A stretch of DNA of 63,471 bases, filler included, from Hausera hauseri (lineage: Eukaryota), in assembly GCA_046269625.1 (NCBI GenBank). It is 11 parts of 11 records of this genome, joined end to end, with 100 filler letters (N's around TTAATTAATTAA, not from the genome) between each part and the next. Parts side by side here need not be neighbours in the genome. Positions count along the whole stretch, not along the records: positions 59,209 to 63,471 come from JBJURY010669662.1; 10 more parts are not named here. One strand, written 5' to 3'. This document shows, piece by piece, positions 61,366 through 63,471 of the stretch (the stretch's first letter is position 1; each line of letters begins with the position of its first letter). The translations under genes and the position numbers were made by a program. The notes beneath the pieces are model-generated. The model did not search any database and had not been told where the DNA came from. It worked only from the letters and a program-made list of their open reading frames with translations.

Positions 61366-61720
61366 AATGACAACATCCGCAGTTTCATCGACAATAACGA
61401 CCACTTTCTGTCCGGCTAGCTTCTCTATTATATTAAGTGTATTATCTTGTGGTATTACACCACCGCCCTTCAGGTTCTTTTGCTTAGCACTACGCATAGT
61501 TGGGTTGTCAGCTTTCTACAGTGGTATATTGGTTGCCATAAATGCATCAACCAGTTCCATCACTAACGTATCTTTGGCAGCGGTTGATCGACCAATGCAT
61601 CCGGTAATAGTATTTTGTCGTTTGCTGCTTGTGGGGTCATTCGTGGCCTCATGTTTCCATTTATTTGCACGCTCCGTGCGCTTTTTGGCCCCAAATGATC
61701 AGTCGTAGTCTGGAGTCTAA
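61366..61720 (-). pseudogene. CGGBP1-like / hAT-related transposase fragment
   Basis: Minus frame: MELVDAFMATNIPL*KADNPTMR...GGGVIPQDNTL...VVVIVDETAD. Confidence 0.6.
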
Positions 61721-63471
61721 CATGGTGGACCGGTTCGTTACAAATCTTGCACCACAGTAAACCACCTTGGGCGTAAAATTATTCCTGTCCAAATTCATTA
61801 ACTCGCTGTTCCGGTCCAATATTCACATCAGTTTTATTGCAGTTTTGTGTGCCCTAGTCAAGGATTAATTTTACTAAACTTAAATGCACCTAATTGATTG
61901 TAAAGTACACGATAAGTCAAATTGTTTTCACAGCTAATAAATCGATTTCAAACTGCTACAAGTACCACAAATGCTATAAATCGACATAAAACATTAATTC
62001 TAAAATTATTAAACTGATTATAAACTTCATAATCAGTATCTATGCCTCAAATGGCGATATTTCATTCAGACTTCGTATTTTCTGCGACGTGGAATTATAT
62101 TCCGCGGACCGCGGTAAATCGTGAGCCCTAATAATGAGTAACACTACAACAAATATAAAAATCAAACTTTATAACAACTGGAAATAACTTAAAACATAAA
62201 CACGAACTGTAAAATAAAGGTACCTGAAAACATACACTTTTTCCATTCATAAACATAAATAATGAAGCATAGTTTCAGGAGTACGCAAAATATTTGAAAT
62301 TTAATTCAAATGAACTATTGTAGCCGCACAATGTACGGGCTAATGATCGATAAATTAAATTCAAATTTACATACCAATTTGTTAGACAAATAACAGTACG
62401 TGTTAATTTTTAATTTGTAAATCAATAAAATAAATTCAAATTCAGCGTCATGTTGGTAATTTCATTCATGTCATCAAAACAGTGCATTTTTAATTACGTT
62501 TAAAATAATTTTTTATTTTACGTACCTGCGAAATGAAATATATCGTAAGTGGCAAGTAGCCAGGACAATGTTAGTAACAATCCATGTCATTTAATGTTCG
62601 TTTAATGCCTTTATCGAACCTGTTGAAATTTCCCTTTGAAATGATATTTTATACAGAAAAATTGTTATTTTATACTTAAAATGTAATTTGTATTCGTTTT
62701 GAAATGCCCTATTTTGCTAATGTTATTTACTACGTTGTACGTTGAAGTTCCGATTTGTAAAATCTGGTCCAAGGTCATGTTGAGAAATGCCGACAATTAG
62801 TGATGCGTTATTTTTAATACACAAGACGTAGATCGATATAATGATAGGTTTGATTAGGAATTGGAGTTTAGATTGATGTGTAGGATTTCGACTGCCCGGG
62901 ATTGAAGTGAACATTGAATAAAATGTAATTAGATAATTTTTCCAATGATGGAATGCCTTATATTTATATTTTAATTTATGTTGTCATGGTAATGATAATA
63001 TTACAACAAAGTTTTGTAAATGTAGGATAAAATGTTGAGAGAGATAGAGGTCAAATTACGGAATTTCGAGCAGTTGCTGATAAGATTCAGCATGAAACAT
63101 AACTGACAATCGATAGAGCAGTATCAAATCTTAAACATGACTTAGTTTACAATAGTCTATAATCCATAGAGTTTTTGAAGCGAAGCAAGAACATCAAACG
63201 CAGGAACATGAAGCGTGCTCCACGCCTTAAGAGGAACTACAAACATGCTCGACTTTTTGTTGTCGCAATTTGACCTCCTTCTCTTATTGAAAACTTCTGC
63301 CATCATGCCACTTTCTAGGGCATTTATTAACACGTGAAATGACAATTTTTCATTTGATGACTATATATAAAATACCAGACATGGTCTATCAATAACTTCA
63401 TTCGAACATTATCAGATATGTATACAAACACCTGAAATTCAGGACAGCGTATTCAATTTGAAAGTATCATA

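Noticed and set aside
62723-63345. Short minus-strand ORFs as exons of a gene
   Set aside because: I found no recognisable domain and could not build a phase-consistent splice model.

Overview
This window is not one locus. It is 11 unrelated eukaryotic contigs joined by identical 100-nt spacers (44 N + TTAATTAATTAA + 44 N), so nothing should be linked across spacers. Contigs: C1 1-4727, C2 4828-10199, C3 10300-14255, C4 14356-25581, C5 25682-31335, C6 31436-36051, C7 36152-40875, C8 40976-47056, C9 47157-51495, C10 51596-59108, C11 59209-63471. Most are AT-rich, invertebrate-like and made of decayed mobile elements: Tc1, DD37E and DD41D mariner-family elements, hAT-related elements, a Polinton/adintovirus-type pPolB and Ty3/Gypsy elements. 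C4 looks teleost (V-SINE, Rex1/Babar, Rex3/Expander, L2, DIRS1, Penelope remnant with a hammerhead ribozyme). C5 is a (GTTC)n satellite. One clear host gene is present: a six-exon HDHD5/CECR5 on C8, missed by the ORF track. Two retroelements with unusual cargo stand out. In C9 a ubiquitin-like domain, an AT-hook and a chuvirus-type (class III) fusion glycoprotein lie UPSTREAM of a retropepsin. In C10 a Gypsy integrase runs in frame into a signal peptide/FN3-like/TM membrane protein, followed by an uninterrupted ORF for a catalytically dead ISG20/REX4-like DEDDh exonuclease. All family calls come from motif recognition by eye; no searches were run.
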